In this document: positions 20,972-31,264 of the stretch, piece by piece
Layout of the letters: every line of letters starts with the position of its first letter
Position numbering within the stretch: position 1 is the stretch's first letter
NCBI GenBank assembly: GCA_963699545.1
Contig: CAVOUE010000009.1
Location: 159,692 to 223,691 of the forward strand
Direction: 5' to 3'
DNA from: Nitrospirota bacterium
Lineage (GTDB): Bacteria > Nitrospirota > Thermodesulfovibrionia > Thermodesulfovibrionales > UBA9159
DNA: 64,000 bases
Position numbers and translations under genes: made by a program
The notes under the pieces: generated by a model
Database searches by the model: none
What the model saw: only the letters and a program-made list of their open reading frames with translations
What the model was told of the DNA's origin: nothing

Positions 20972-21865
20972 TCACACCAGCCTCCTGCTTATCAGCGGCT
21001 CCAGGGTCGCCACAATGTGGCCGTTCTCGAATATGGTCACCTTCCCCGTACTCTCCGAGACCACCACAGCCACAGCCTTTGTCTTCCGGGTGATCCCTGC
21101 AGCGGCCCTGTGTCTCGCACCCAGTCCTCTCAGCTTTTTTGCGGTCGCGCCTCCCGCGTCAAGGTGTCTTCCGGCCGCCTCCACAATACCTTCTACGGAA
21201 ATAATTATGGCCCCGTCCAGTTTTGCCAGCTCCTTGATGCTCTCCACCACTTCGGGAAGGGAGATTCTTCTCTCTTTTTTCGAATACCCTTTGAAGGCAT
21301 TGAAGACCGCCTGATGGGAAGATGTGAGGACATCTTCCGTATCACCGATAACGAATATGGTCCCCACTGATTTCCCTTCCCTGCCCAATGCGCCGATGTC
21401 CAGGGCGATGTCCACCACCGCCATGATGGTGTGGAACGCCCGGTTCTTAATGAGCCCCATCACGTCAAAGGGGAATTCCTCGCTCCATGAGAGCGACAGG
21501 TCATGGATGGTGATGGTATCGAGGTGGCTCTTCCCTGAAGGTCCGAGGACGCAGACCACTTTGCTGTCCTCATTGATCAGTCCCTGCATCACCCCATGGA
21601 GAAATGCGTATTTTATTCTCGAAAACCTGCTCTGGTTTCCTGACCAGCTCCGGATGATCTCCCTGCACGAATCCTGGAGCACAGATTCCCTGATCTCCAG
21701 TTCCCTGGGTATCACGAGGATGATCCGGTCTCTCGCGGCGATCCCGGATTTCAGCCACCATCGGCACTCAGGAATGGTATTCAGGAACAGGAAGAGCTTC
21801 TCGCTGCCTGTCTCGCTGGCTGCCCGCAAGGCATTTTCTATGATGATGGTCCTTTGGTCTCTCAT
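20972..21865 (-). CDS. Diadenylate cyclase (DisA_N domain, DacZ-like architecture)
   Basis: GREGKSVGTIFVIGD, KELAKLDGA, GLGARHRAAA, VVSES. Confidence 0.88.
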   Translation of the reverse strand: MRDQRTIIIENALRAASETGSEKLFLFLNTIPECRWWLKSGIAARDRIILVIPRELEIRESVLQDSCREIIRSWSGNQSRFSRIKYAFLHGVMQGLINEDSKVVCVLGPSGKSHLDTITIHDLSLSWSEEFPFDVMGLIKNRAFHTIMAVVDIALDIGALGREGKSVGTIFVIGDTEDVLTSSHQAVFNAFKGYSKKERRISLPEVVESIKELAKLDGAIIISVEGIVEAAGRHLDAGGATAKKLRGLGARHRAAAGITRKTKAVAVVVSESTGKVTIFENGHIVATLEPLISRRLV

Positions 21866-21907
21866 AATGAATTATCATACCACAGGGCTTGATGATGGGG
21901 GCTTCCG

Positions 21908-22752
21908 TCAGCGATGGGCAGGCAACGTGACCTCGACCTCACGGTTCTCGAAAGGACACAGGAATCGCAGCGAAACAGCCCGGAGTTGCATCCCCTCCCT
22001 GTTCTTGTCCCCCTTCCCGTATCTCGGATCTCCCAGCACCGGGAACCCGATCATATCGAAGTGGCGGCGTATCTGGTGGAGACGCCCGGTCCTTATGCGC
22101 ACATGGACAATGGAGGTGTTCTTCTCCGGATCGTATGACCCCACTTTGAACTCGGTGAGAGACGGTTTGCCGTCAAGAGGAAATGCTATGTGTCCGTGCC
22201 GTCCCGTCTCGCCCGCGTTTCCGAGGACTTCGGCATGATACCCCTTTACAATGAGGTTCTTCTGAAACAGCGCTGAAAGTCTCGCCGCAGCAACCCTGCT
22301 GTGGGCCACGAGCATCAGACCCGAAGCCTCCCGGTCCAGACGATGAACAAGAAAGACCTCGCGGGCAGACTGAAAGAACAACTCGGTCTGCCTCAGAAGT
22401 GAACAGTGATCGCCGTACATCGTCCCTTGCGCCACAAGCCCCGGCGGTTTGTACCAGACACTGTAGTGCCCCCGTCGCTCAAACAAACAGCCTCAGGGGG
22501 CTTCAGCGAAAGCAGTTTCTCGTCATAGTAGAACTCGATGCGGTCGCCTTTGTTCACCGCCGCTGTGGCCCTGCGCAGCCGTCTCAGCCGGCCCTTCCCC
22601 TTCCCGATCCATACAGCTCCCTTGTTCATTGCGTCCTTGACCTTTCCTCTGGAGAGGCCTGTCCTGGAGGCCAGGAAGTCACAGGCGGTTTCACCGGTCT
22701 GGGAGTCCACCGTTTCCCTGAGAATGATTGTATCCATACGGTGCGCTGTCAT
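21908..22752 (-). CDS. RluA-family pseudouridine synthase (frameshift near 22490)
   Basis: S4-like N-terminus, KPPGL, VHRLDREASGL, TGRLHQIRRH, LGDPRYG. Confidence 0.88.
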
Positions 22753-22834
22753 TGCTTATTCTACCATCACCGCAGGTACTCCATTTTGAAATTGTTCTTG
22801 GTATAATAGAGCATTCATTTAAGAGACCACTCTC

Positions 22835-23185
22835 ATGATGCAGGAGGGGCAAGTGTTATTGGATGTGACCCTGGATAATGACTCCGTGACCGTCGCCATT
22901 GACAATCCCTTTCATTTCGATATGGATTCGGTCATGGGGGAGATCGAGAAGTTTACCTCATCAAAGAACGTGGCTTTGAGCGGGGTCGATGTGAGAGAAT
23001 TAATCCCGAAAATGATCAGGGGCATAGCAGGATGCGAGGGCGGATGCCCTGCGAACGCAAAAAACCTTGTGGAGCAGGGCTTCAGGAATTTTGAACTGAA
23101 ATACATTGAAGGAGGAATTCTCTCGGCAAAGGCGACCATCGCAGGCGGGACGACCTTGCACCTTAAGATGTTCCCGGACTTCTGA
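22835..23185 (+). CDS. Hypothetical protein with a CxxxC motif
   Basis: 116-aa ORF with IRGIAGCEGGCPANAK and a TATAAT upstream. Confidence 0.65.
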   Translation: MMQEGQVLLDVTLDNDSVTVAIDNPFHFDMDSVMGEIEKFTSSKNVALSGVDVRELIPKMIRGIAGCEGGCPANAKNLVEQGFRNFELKYIEGGILSAKATIAGGTTLHLKMFPDF

Positions 23186-23200
23186 CCAGGAAACAGAGTC

Positions 23201-24040
23201 TCAGTCCAGAATCGTGAAGGGCGAGGGCATGAAGGTGATGACGAAGATGACCAGCGTCACCGCCCCGATAAATCTTCTCTTCCTGTCCAAGGGGACTTCC
23301 CAGTAGATCACCGGGGGATGCCTCAGACCCAGAACGACCATAAGGGCTCCCCACACGGCCCAGATCTCCCAAAAGAATAATCCAAGGATCAGGAGGATCA
23401 CCACAAGCGCAATGGAGAGAACCCTGTGACGTTCCCTCAGGAAAGCATATGCAATATGGCCGCCGTCAAGCTGTCCTATAGGAATGAGGTTCAGCGAGGT
23501 GACAAAAAGACCGATCCAGCCGGCAAAGGCCACCGGATGCAGGAGTATATCGTATGCATCCGGAGGAGTCCCTATCACAACACGCGTCAGCAGTGAAAAG
23601 AGGATCGAATCACCGAGACGCAATCCTCCGGCGGTCTCACTGACAGGTACCACGCTGGAATAGTGGAGTCCCGCAACAGCCGCGATTACCGAGAGGACAA
23701 ACCCGGCTATCGGTCCGGAAGCGCCTATATCGATAAGGGCCTTCCTCGTTATTATCGGGGATTTCATCTTGATAAAGGCGCCAAACGTCCCGATCACCGA
23801 GGGGGCGGGGATGAAATAGGGCAGCGTCGCCTTCGTGTGGTGTCTTCTGGACGTGAAATAGTGGGAAAGCTCATGGCTGAGAAGAATACCCATGAGGGTC
23901 AGAGCAAAGGGCAGACCTTCGACGATCCTCCCAGGCTCATGAAAGATATCAACACCTTTCTGAAAGAGCGCACCGGCAACAAGCATCGACAGGAAGGTGA
24001 GTATGAAAAGAACAAGATGCAGAAAGGGGAACTGTTTCAC
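23201..24040 (-). CDS. Site-2 protease (M50) family protein
   Basis: HELSH, GPIAG, LNLIPIGQLDGGH. Confidence 0.92.
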   Translation of the reverse strand: MKQFPFLHLVLFILTFLSMLVAGALFQKGVDIFHEPGRIVEGLPFALTLMGILLSHELSHYFTSRRHHTKATLPYFIPAPSVIGTFGAFIKMKSPIITRKALIDIGASGPIAGFVLSVIAAVAGLHYSSVVPVSETAGGLRLGDSILFSLLTRVVIGTPPDAYDILLHPVAFAGWIGLFVTSLNLIPIGQLDGGHIAYAFLRERHRVLSIALVVILLILGLFFWEIWAVWGALMVVLGLRHPPVIYWEVPLDRKRRFIGAVTLVIFVITFMPSPFTILD

Positions 24041-25415
24041 AGAACCGGCTCCCCCTTCAGGTCATAATCATACGCCTCCACGATCTGTACCTTCACAAAC
24101 TCTCCCGGTCTCAACATTTTTTGGAACGGTAACACGGTGACACGGGCATGCGGTGACTCCTTTTCCCTTTGAATCTTTGTCTCCGTTCTCCGCGTCCAGC
24201 ATGACCACTCCGTCTATCTCGGGGGCCTGCGACGAGAGTCGCGCGATGACCGTCCCTCCCTCGACCTCATCCACCAGAGCTCTGAGCCTTTTCCCCACGA
24301 GTGCCTTGTTCTTGCAGAGGGATATGGAGGACTGCAGTTTCATGATCTCATCCCTCCTTCTCTCCTTGATCCTCTTCGGGACGTTCCCCTTCATCTTCGA
24401 TGCAGGTGTCCCCTCTTCCCGTGAGTAGAGAAACACACCGAGACGCTCGAACCCCGTTTCTTCGATGAATCCCTTCAGTCCGGCAAAATCCTCTTCGGTC
24501 TCTCCGGGGAAGCCGACGATCAAAGTCGTTCTGAGGGTCATCTGAGGGATCAAAGCGCGTATCTTCTTTATCATCCGCGCAATCGATTTCCTCGAGCCTC
24601 CCCGCCCCATGGCCTTCAGTATTCGCTCCTCAGAGTGCTGCAGGGGGATATCCAGATATTTGCAGACCTTCTCCTCTTCCGCAACAACCGCCAGGAGTTC
24701 GTCGCTGATGGATGTCGGGTTGAGATAGAGCAGGCGGATCCAGAAGTCACCGCTGATGGAGGCGATATCCCTGACAAGAGAAGATAACGAATATCCACGG
24801 TATTCCCGGCCGTAATTCCCGAGATCCTGGGCAACGAGAACGAGCTCTCCCGCTCCGGCGTGAATATGCTCCTCAGCCTTCTTCAGTATGCCGTCCGGCT
24901 CCATGCTCCTGAAAGGTCCCCTGATTGAGGGGATAACGCAATAGCTGCATCCCCTGCTGCATCCCTCAGCCACCTTGAGATAGGCATACGGCGAAGAGGC
25001 CAGAGGCGACTGGCCATGGGCGAGAGGCTTTCAGTTTCTTCCCATTGCCCCTTGCCTATTGCCGCGTGCGGCCACTTTCTTGCAATATTCAACTATCCTC
25101 TCTTCCTCGCCAACACCCCACAGGGCGTCTATCTCCGGGAATCTCCTTTTTGAGCTCTTCACCATACCTTTTTGCGAGGCATCCGAATACAAGGAGTTTC
25201 CTGCCTTCCTTCGTGATATGTTTCAGTTTCAGTATCTCTCCGATGGATTCCTTCTTCGCATCTTCGATGAAACCGCAGGTATTCACCAGCACAAGATCGG
25301 CATTTTCCGTTTCCGGGGTGTAGACGAACCCTTCACTCCTGAGTTTCGTCAGGAGTGTATCGCTGTCAACGAGATTCTTGGGACATCCGAGGCTGACCAT
25401 GGACACTTTAGGCAT
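24037..25415 (-). CDS. rimO: Ribosomal protein S12 methylthiotransferase (frameshifted)
   Basis: [57 protein letters not shown] domain. Confidence 0.92.
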
Positions 25416-25835
25416 TTCTTCTTTTGAGCATGCGATAGATGATGATATAGCTCCCAACGGACGAGAGACTGCCGATGATTACTGTCCCCACGATGAACGG
25501 CATAAGGAGCGGCCCAGATCCTTGATCAATGTGCTGAGGTTGATATGGCCCCAATCAATCGCAGGGAGTATCTTTTCGATTCTCAGACACTTCGCGCCTA
25601 CCCATGTGCTGAACGTGTATATGGGTATTATGGTCCATGGGTTTGTGACATACACGCCGACAATGGTCACCAGTCTATTGAGCCTGAGAATGTGGGCTGC
25701 GGCGAGCCCAAGAAGAGTATGGATGCCGAACAGGGGCGACATGCCGATGAAGATACCGAGGGCAAAAGCAATGGATATCCTGTGGGGGGTGTCCTTTACA
25801 CTGAATACCAGCTGGATCTTGTCCCTTAACGCCAA
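25408..25835 (-). CDS. DUF2062 membrane protein (frameshift near 25500)
   Basis: [21 protein letters not shown] and TNPWT. Confidence 0.8.
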
Positions 25836-26809
25836 TGTTGATACCCTTCCGGCAAGAACGGTTTTTCTCTGCCGTTTCTGTCAATGAAAACCCTCTCCGA
25901 ATCCGTGATCTCGCCTATGCAGACAGCGTCCACCTTCCTTTTAGGAGAAACGGTGAAGAGGAGTTCATAGTCCTCCCCCCCGGACGTAGCAAGCCTGTAA
26001 GGATCGATACCGCAAGCTCGTGCCGCCTTTTTCATCTGGGAAGAGAGGGGGAGATGCCTCATGGAGATACGCGCGCCCACCCCGCTTTCATCGCAGAGCC
26101 TCGAAAGGTCTATGAAGAGACCATCGCTCACATCGATCATGGCCGTTGCAACCCTCGCGATCTTCCCGGGTCTTCTTGCCTCGGGCAAGAGATGCCTCCT
26201 CAGCAAAGGCTCCATGACCGACCATCCCATTGGTCTATCCGTCTCTTCCCCGGTTTCCAGGGAAAACGGCCTTCCAATGATTTTCAAGAGTTCAAGACCG
26301 CATGCAGAGTCACCCAGTTTCCCTGTCACATAGATCCTGTCCCCCGGTCTTGCCCCGGAGCGCATCACCGCTTTCCTTGTGTATCCTGCCAAAGTCGCAG
26401 CGAGCGCTGCCCCTGCCTTTGATGAAGAAAGATCACCGCCGATAAGTTCGACACGGTAGAGGGCCATTGCACTTTCGACCCCGTCAAGGAAGGATGCCAG
26501 AGATTTCTCGTCGGCTTTCTTATCCATCGCAAGGTCCAGGAGCACGAACCGCGGGTCCCCCCCCATGGCGTATATATCGCTCACATTGGAAGAAATCAGC
26601 TTGAAACCGACCTGGAACCACGTAGTGAATTCGAGGTCAAAATGGACTCCCTCGGTCATCATGTCGGTGGTGAGGAGGAGCGACTGATCATGCGGCGCGA
26701 CCACGGCTGCGTCATCGCCGATGCCCACGACCACATCCCTTGACCTCGTCCTGAATCTCTTCCGTATCCTCTTGAGAAGGGACAGTTCCCCTATTTCGGA
26801 CAGCTTCAT
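25826..26809 (-). CDS. thiL: Thiamine-phosphate kinase
   Basis: GIGDDAAV, TTDMMTEGVHF, NVSDIYAMGG, IDVSDGL, GGEDYELLF. Confidence 0.95.
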   Translation of the reverse strand: MKLSEIGELSLLKRIRKRFRTRSRDVVVGIGDDAAVVAPHDQSLLLTTDMMTEGVHFDLEFTTWFQVGFKLISSNVSDIYAMGGDPRFVLLDLAMDKKADEKSLASFLDGVESAMALYRVELIGGDLSSSKAGAALAATLAGYTRKAVMRSGARPGDRIYVTGKLGDSACGLELLKIIGRPFSLETGEETDRPMGWSVMEPLLRRHLLPEARRPGKIARVATAMIDVSDGLFIDLSRLCDESGVGARISMRHLPLSSQMKKAARACGIDPYRLATSGGEDYELLFTVSPKRKVDAVCIGEITDSERVFIDRNGREKPFLPEGYQHWR

Positions 26810-26825
26810 AATTTCCTGGTCATTG

Positions 26826-26971
26826 CAGGTTCAGCAGGATTGACGCTCATGCCCGGGGGGATTCGCCAAGGCGAGAGCGACAGCAGTCCGCCTCAGGCGG
26901 ATCGACAACCCCGAATGCCGCGGGATCGAAAAACAGCAGCAAGCATGAGTCAGCCTTGCTGAACAACCCTG
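26826..26971. repeat. MITE/REP-like intergenic element with imperfect terminal inverted repeats
   Basis: 5' CAGGTTCAGCAGGATTGACGCTCATGC pairs imperfectly with 3' GCATGAGTCAGCCTTGCTGAACAACCCTG. Internal hairpin TCCGCCTCAGGCGGA. Confidence 0.5.
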
Positions 26972-29342
26972 CTACTTTTTCCCTGCCTTCCTGTTCGTCT
27001 TCAGGGCCACTTTGAGAACATCATCCATCGTATCCGCAAAGATAAACTCCATCTCCTTCTTTATGTACTTGGGGATATCTTCAAGGTCCTTCCTGTTCCT
27101 TGACGGGATAACCACCCGTTTTATTCCCATCCTCTTTGCCGCAAGGGTCTTCTCCTTCAGCCCCCCGATAGGAAGCACCCTTCCCCTGAGGGTGACCTCT
27201 CCGGTCATGGCCACACTCTTGCTCACCGGCTTCCCTGTCAATGCAGAGGCGATGGCTGTAGCCATGGTTATACCGGCGGAAGGACCGTCCTTCGGGATCG
27301 CACCGGCAGGCACATGAATGTGCAGGTCTGTCCGGGAAAAGAGATCGTCGTTAATCCCAAGCTTTTTTGCCCTCGACCTGACATAGCTCAGTGCTGCCTG
27401 GGCAGACTCCTTCATCACATCCCCCAGCTGGCCCGTGAGAGTGAGGCCGCCCTTCCCCTTCATCGTAGTCGCTTCCACGTAAATGATGTCCCCGCCGCTC
27501 TCGGTCCATGCCAGGCCTGTGGAGACGCCCACTTCGTCCTTCTCCATTTCTTCTTCGGGAAGGAATTTGGGAACCCCGAGGAAACGGTGAAGGTTCCGAG
27601 GCGTGATGCTGAACTTCTTCTCTGCGCCCTCCGCAATCCTCTTCGCGACCTTCCGGCAGAGGTTTGCGATCTCCCTCTCGAGGTTCCTCACCCCCGCTTC
27701 CCTCGTGTACTGGGAGATGATCTGGAGCAGCGCAGGGTCAGTGATCTTCAGTATCTTCTTTGTGATCCCGTGCTCTTCCAGCTGTTTAGGCACAAGATAA
27801 TTGACGGCGATACCCAGCTTTTCCTCTGCAGTATAGCCCGAAAGGTAAATGATCTCCATCCTGTCCCTCAGAGGACTGGGTATCGTGTCCACAAGATTCC
27901 CCGTGGTGATGAACATCACGTTCGTAAGGTCAAAGGGTACGCCGAGATAATGGTCCACAAAGGAATTGTTCTGTTCAGGATCAAGGACCTCTAGGAGCGC
28001 GGAGGAGGGGTCACCCCTGAAATCCATGCCGATCTTGTCTATCTCATCCAGCATGAATACCGGATTGTTGGTGGCTGCCTGTTTGATGCCCTGGATAATC
28101 CTTCCCGGAAGGGCTCCCACATACGTTCTCCGGTGACCGCGGATCTCTGCCTCATCCCGCACGCCGCCCAAGGACATCCTCGCGAATTCCCGTCCGAGCG
28201 CCCGCGCGATGGACTTGCCGAGCGATGTCTTCCCCACGCCCGGTGGGCCTATGAAACAGAGGATCGGCCCTTTCATCTTCTCCTTTAACTTTCTGACGCT
28301 GAGATACTCAAGGATCCGCTCCTTCACCTTTTCGAGGTCATAGTGGTCCTTGTTGAGCACCTTTTCCGCAGCCTTGATGTCCAGCTTGTCCTTGGTGCTC
28401 CTGGACCACGGGAGTTCCACCATCCATTCAAGATAGGTCCGCACCGTGGCTGCTTCCGCGCTGTCCGGGTGCATCTTCGCGAGGCGCTTCAGTTGTTTTT
28501 CGGCCTCTTTCATGACCTTCTCCGGCATCTTTGCTTCTTCCACCTTCTTCCGGAATTCGTTGATCTCTTCGGCCCGTTCATCGATCTCGCCCAGTTCCTT
28601 CTGGATCGCCTTGAGCTGCTCCCTCAGGAAATACTCCCTTTGGGTCTTGTCAATCTCGCCCCTCGCCTCTGTCTGTATCTTCTGCTGCACAATGAGGAGC
28701 TCTATCTCCCTGCTCAGGATATCGCTCACCCTTTTCAGACGCTGGACCGGGTCGATGATCTCGAGGATCTCCTGGGCCTGCTCTGTCTTCGAGCCCGAGA
28801 TTGGACGCGACAAGGTCCGCAAGCCGTCCCGGGTCATCAAGGTTCTCGACCACCACCATAATGTCGGGAAGGATGGTCTTGCCCAGGGAAACGGCCTTGT
28901 CCAGCTGCTCCTTCACTGTCCTTATGATCGCCTCTGTCTCGATGGTCATCTCGTCAACTTTCTGGTCAACGATCTTTTCGATGGTCGCCGTGTAGAAAGG
29001 TTCCATCTGAACAAACCCGAGAAGCCTCGCCTTGCTCACCCCCTGGACCAGTATCTTCACCCTCCCGTCAGGAAGCTTGAGCATCCTCATGATAAGCCCT
29101 ACGGTGCCGATGGAATAGAGTTCGTCGGTCGTAGGGTTCTCGATATTCAAGTCCTTCTGGGTGACCAGCATCACCATCCTGTTGCTGTCCAGAGCGTGAT
29201 CAATAGCCTTTATGGACATCTCCCTGCCCACAAAAAGAGGCAGGATCATGTAGGGGAAGACCACGATGTCCCTTACGGGCAACACCGGCAAGGTATCGGG
29301 TATCTCAACTTCCTTTTCGTCTTTCTGTTCTTTATCAGCCAT
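26972..29342 (-). CDS. lon: Endopeptidase La (frameshift near 28800)
   Basis: [14 protein letters not shown]-domain, [34 protein letters not shown]. Confidence 0.96.
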
Positions 29343-29367
29343 AGCATTCACCCTCGATGTTCCGGGG

Positions 29368-29742
29368 TCAGTCCTCCTTGTTCTCTATTCTTATCTTAAT
29401 AACCCTTCCCCTTGTCTTGGGCAGCGTCAAGGTTATCACCCCTTTCGTGTACTCTGCCCTTCCTGCCGAGGGATCGACAGGAACCGGAATCCTGATCATC
29501 CTTCTGAAACTCTCGAAACTCCTTTCCATGCAGAGGTATCGGTATTTCTTTTCCTTCCGGCTCTCCCTCTTTATCCCTTCAATAATAATGACATCCTCAT
29601 AGACCTTTATCAAGACGTCGTCGGGGTTGATCCCCGGAAGGTCAATCTCAAGAACAAGGTTATCGTCAGTCTCGTACACATCCAGCAACGGTAAAGAACC
29701 GGTCGCTTCCTCGTGCAAAAAAAGGACATTTCTGAGAGCCAT
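29368..29742 (-). CDS. Hsp20/alpha-crystallin family protein
   Basis: DVYETDD, DLPG, ERSFESFRR, GVITLTLPK. Confidence 0.9.
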   Translation of the reverse strand: MALRNVLFLHEEATGSLPLLDVYETDDNLVLEIDLPGINPDDVLIKVYEDVIIIEGIKRESRKEKKYRYLCMERSFESFRRMIRIPVPVDPSAGRAEYTKGVITLTLPKTRGRVIKIRIENKED

Positions 29743-29743
29743 G

Positions 29744-30679
29744 TCAGCCTTTACCCCTCGGGTGCATTGCCGTTCCCCTTGCCTCATGTTCCCTGGCATC
29801 GGCCGTATGAATGTTTTTCACTTTCTCGAGTATGTATGCCTTGAACGCTTCCGAGACCTCTTTGTTCCTTAGAGCCAGGTCAACGGTCGCCTTGAGGAAC
29901 CCGACCTTGTCCCCTGCATCGTATCTCGTCCCCCTGGTGCGATACCCGTAGATCGGCTGTTTCTTCAGCAGATCCCGCAAGGCGTCGGTGAGCTGTATCT
30001 CGCCGCCGGCGCCGGCCGTCTGCTTCTCAAGGACTCCGAAGATATCAGGGGTGAGAATATATCGTCCGATAATGGCAAGGGTTGAGGGCGCATCTTCACT
30101 CTTTGGCTTTTCCACCAGGTTGCGAATTTTATAGACATCCCCTTCCGGCACCCCGTCGATGATACCGTATTTATGGACCTCGGACCTCGGCACTTCTTCC
30201 AACGCTATCACCGGACATTCTACCTTCTCATAAACGCCGATCATCTCCCTGAGGAGAGGGTAATCAGGATCGATCACGTCATCGCTCAGGAGAACCGCAA
30301 GGGGCTCATCCTTCACAAAGGGTTTCGCGCAGAGAATGGCATGACCGAGACCGAGAGCTACCCTCTGCCTGATATATGCGAAGTTGATGTGGCTCAACTT
30401 GTTTATCTCCTCCAGGAGCTTCTTCTTGCCGGTATTTTTTAATTTTTCTTCCAGTTCGTAGGCAGAGTCAAAGTGATCCTCAATGGCCCGCTTGTGTTTT
30501 CCCGTGATGATGATGAAGTCTTCGATGCCGCAGGATATGGCCTCCTCCACCGCATACTGGATCATGGGCTTGTCAACAATGGGGAGCATCTCCTTGGGGG
30601 ACGCCTTCGTGGCAGGCAGGAATCTCGTACCAAGGCCGGCAGCCGGTAATATCGCTTTCTTAATCCTCTTTTCCTTCAT
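29744..30679 (-). CDS. galU: UTP--glucose-1-phosphate uridylyltransferase
   Basis: PAAGLGTRFLPATKASPKEMLPIVDKP, VEKP, GGEIQLTDA. Confidence 0.96.
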   Translation of the reverse strand: MKEKRIKKAILPAAGLGTRFLPATKASPKEMLPIVDKPMIQYAVEEAISCGIEDFIIITGKHKRAIEDHFDSAYELEEKLKNTGKKKLLEEINKLSHINFAYIRQRVALGLGHAILCAKPFVKDEPLAVLLSDDVIDPDYPLLREMIGVYEKVECPVIALEEVPRSEVHKYGIIDGVPEGDVYKIRNLVEKPKSEDAPSTLAIIGRYILTPDIFGVLEKQTAGAGGEIQLTDALRDLLKKQPIYGYRTRGTRYDAGDKVGFLKATVDLALRNKEVSEAFKAYILEKVKNIHTADAREHEARGTAMHPRGKG

Positions 30680-30903
30680 CTATTTCCCGTAATGAGAATG
30701 CATAACAGGTGGCTTCAAAATGACTTTGGTTCAGACTTCATATAACTCCTTTATTTTATGGAAAAAACCCTGATTAGTCAAGGGAAAGAAAGGGTGCCGG
30801 GACACTTGAAATTATCCATGGATACGATAAGCTGTTAATGGATGCAGCTCCGCGCAGACAGCGGCAGGGGCGGGAAAACGAACAAGCTGGAAAAGGAGGG
30901 ATT

Positions 30904-31074
30904 ATGACAGTAGAAAATCTCATAGCGAAGTTAAAGAGCTATCCACCTAACATGAAGGCATTTACCTACAACGCAAGAGGCGAGATGGTAGAGGTGGACA
31001 ATCCTGAGCTCCTGGCAGGCGATGATGAAGCGTGGCATGAGAAGCAAAGTGAAGATGTTCTACTGATCTCCTGA
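30904..31074 (+). CDS. Small hypothetical protein (56 aa)
   Basis: MTVENLIAKLKSYPPNM... following an AAGGAGG RBS. Confidence 0.55.
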   Translation: MTVENLIAKLKSYPPNMKAFTYNARGEMVEVDNPELLAGDDEAWHEKQSEDVLLIS

Positions 31075-31264
31075 GAGCGGGAAGGCGTTCGCTTGACCGT
31101 ATGATTTGAAATACGCGGGAGCACACCCCATTTTTCTTCACTGTTCCCTGCGATTTCGTACCTGACCCCTGTCCTGGTGCGATTGCACATTCATACCGGC
31201 AGCTCTCACTCATTTCGATGCATTGGCGATGCGGACTTCGGAGGAAGAAGTACAAGACACCGGT

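Noticed and set aside
21324-22238. Long antisense ORFs (also 28446-29399, 34928-36043, 40039-40914 and others)
   Set aside because: They are shadows of well-supported genes on the opposite strand in GC-rich sequence.
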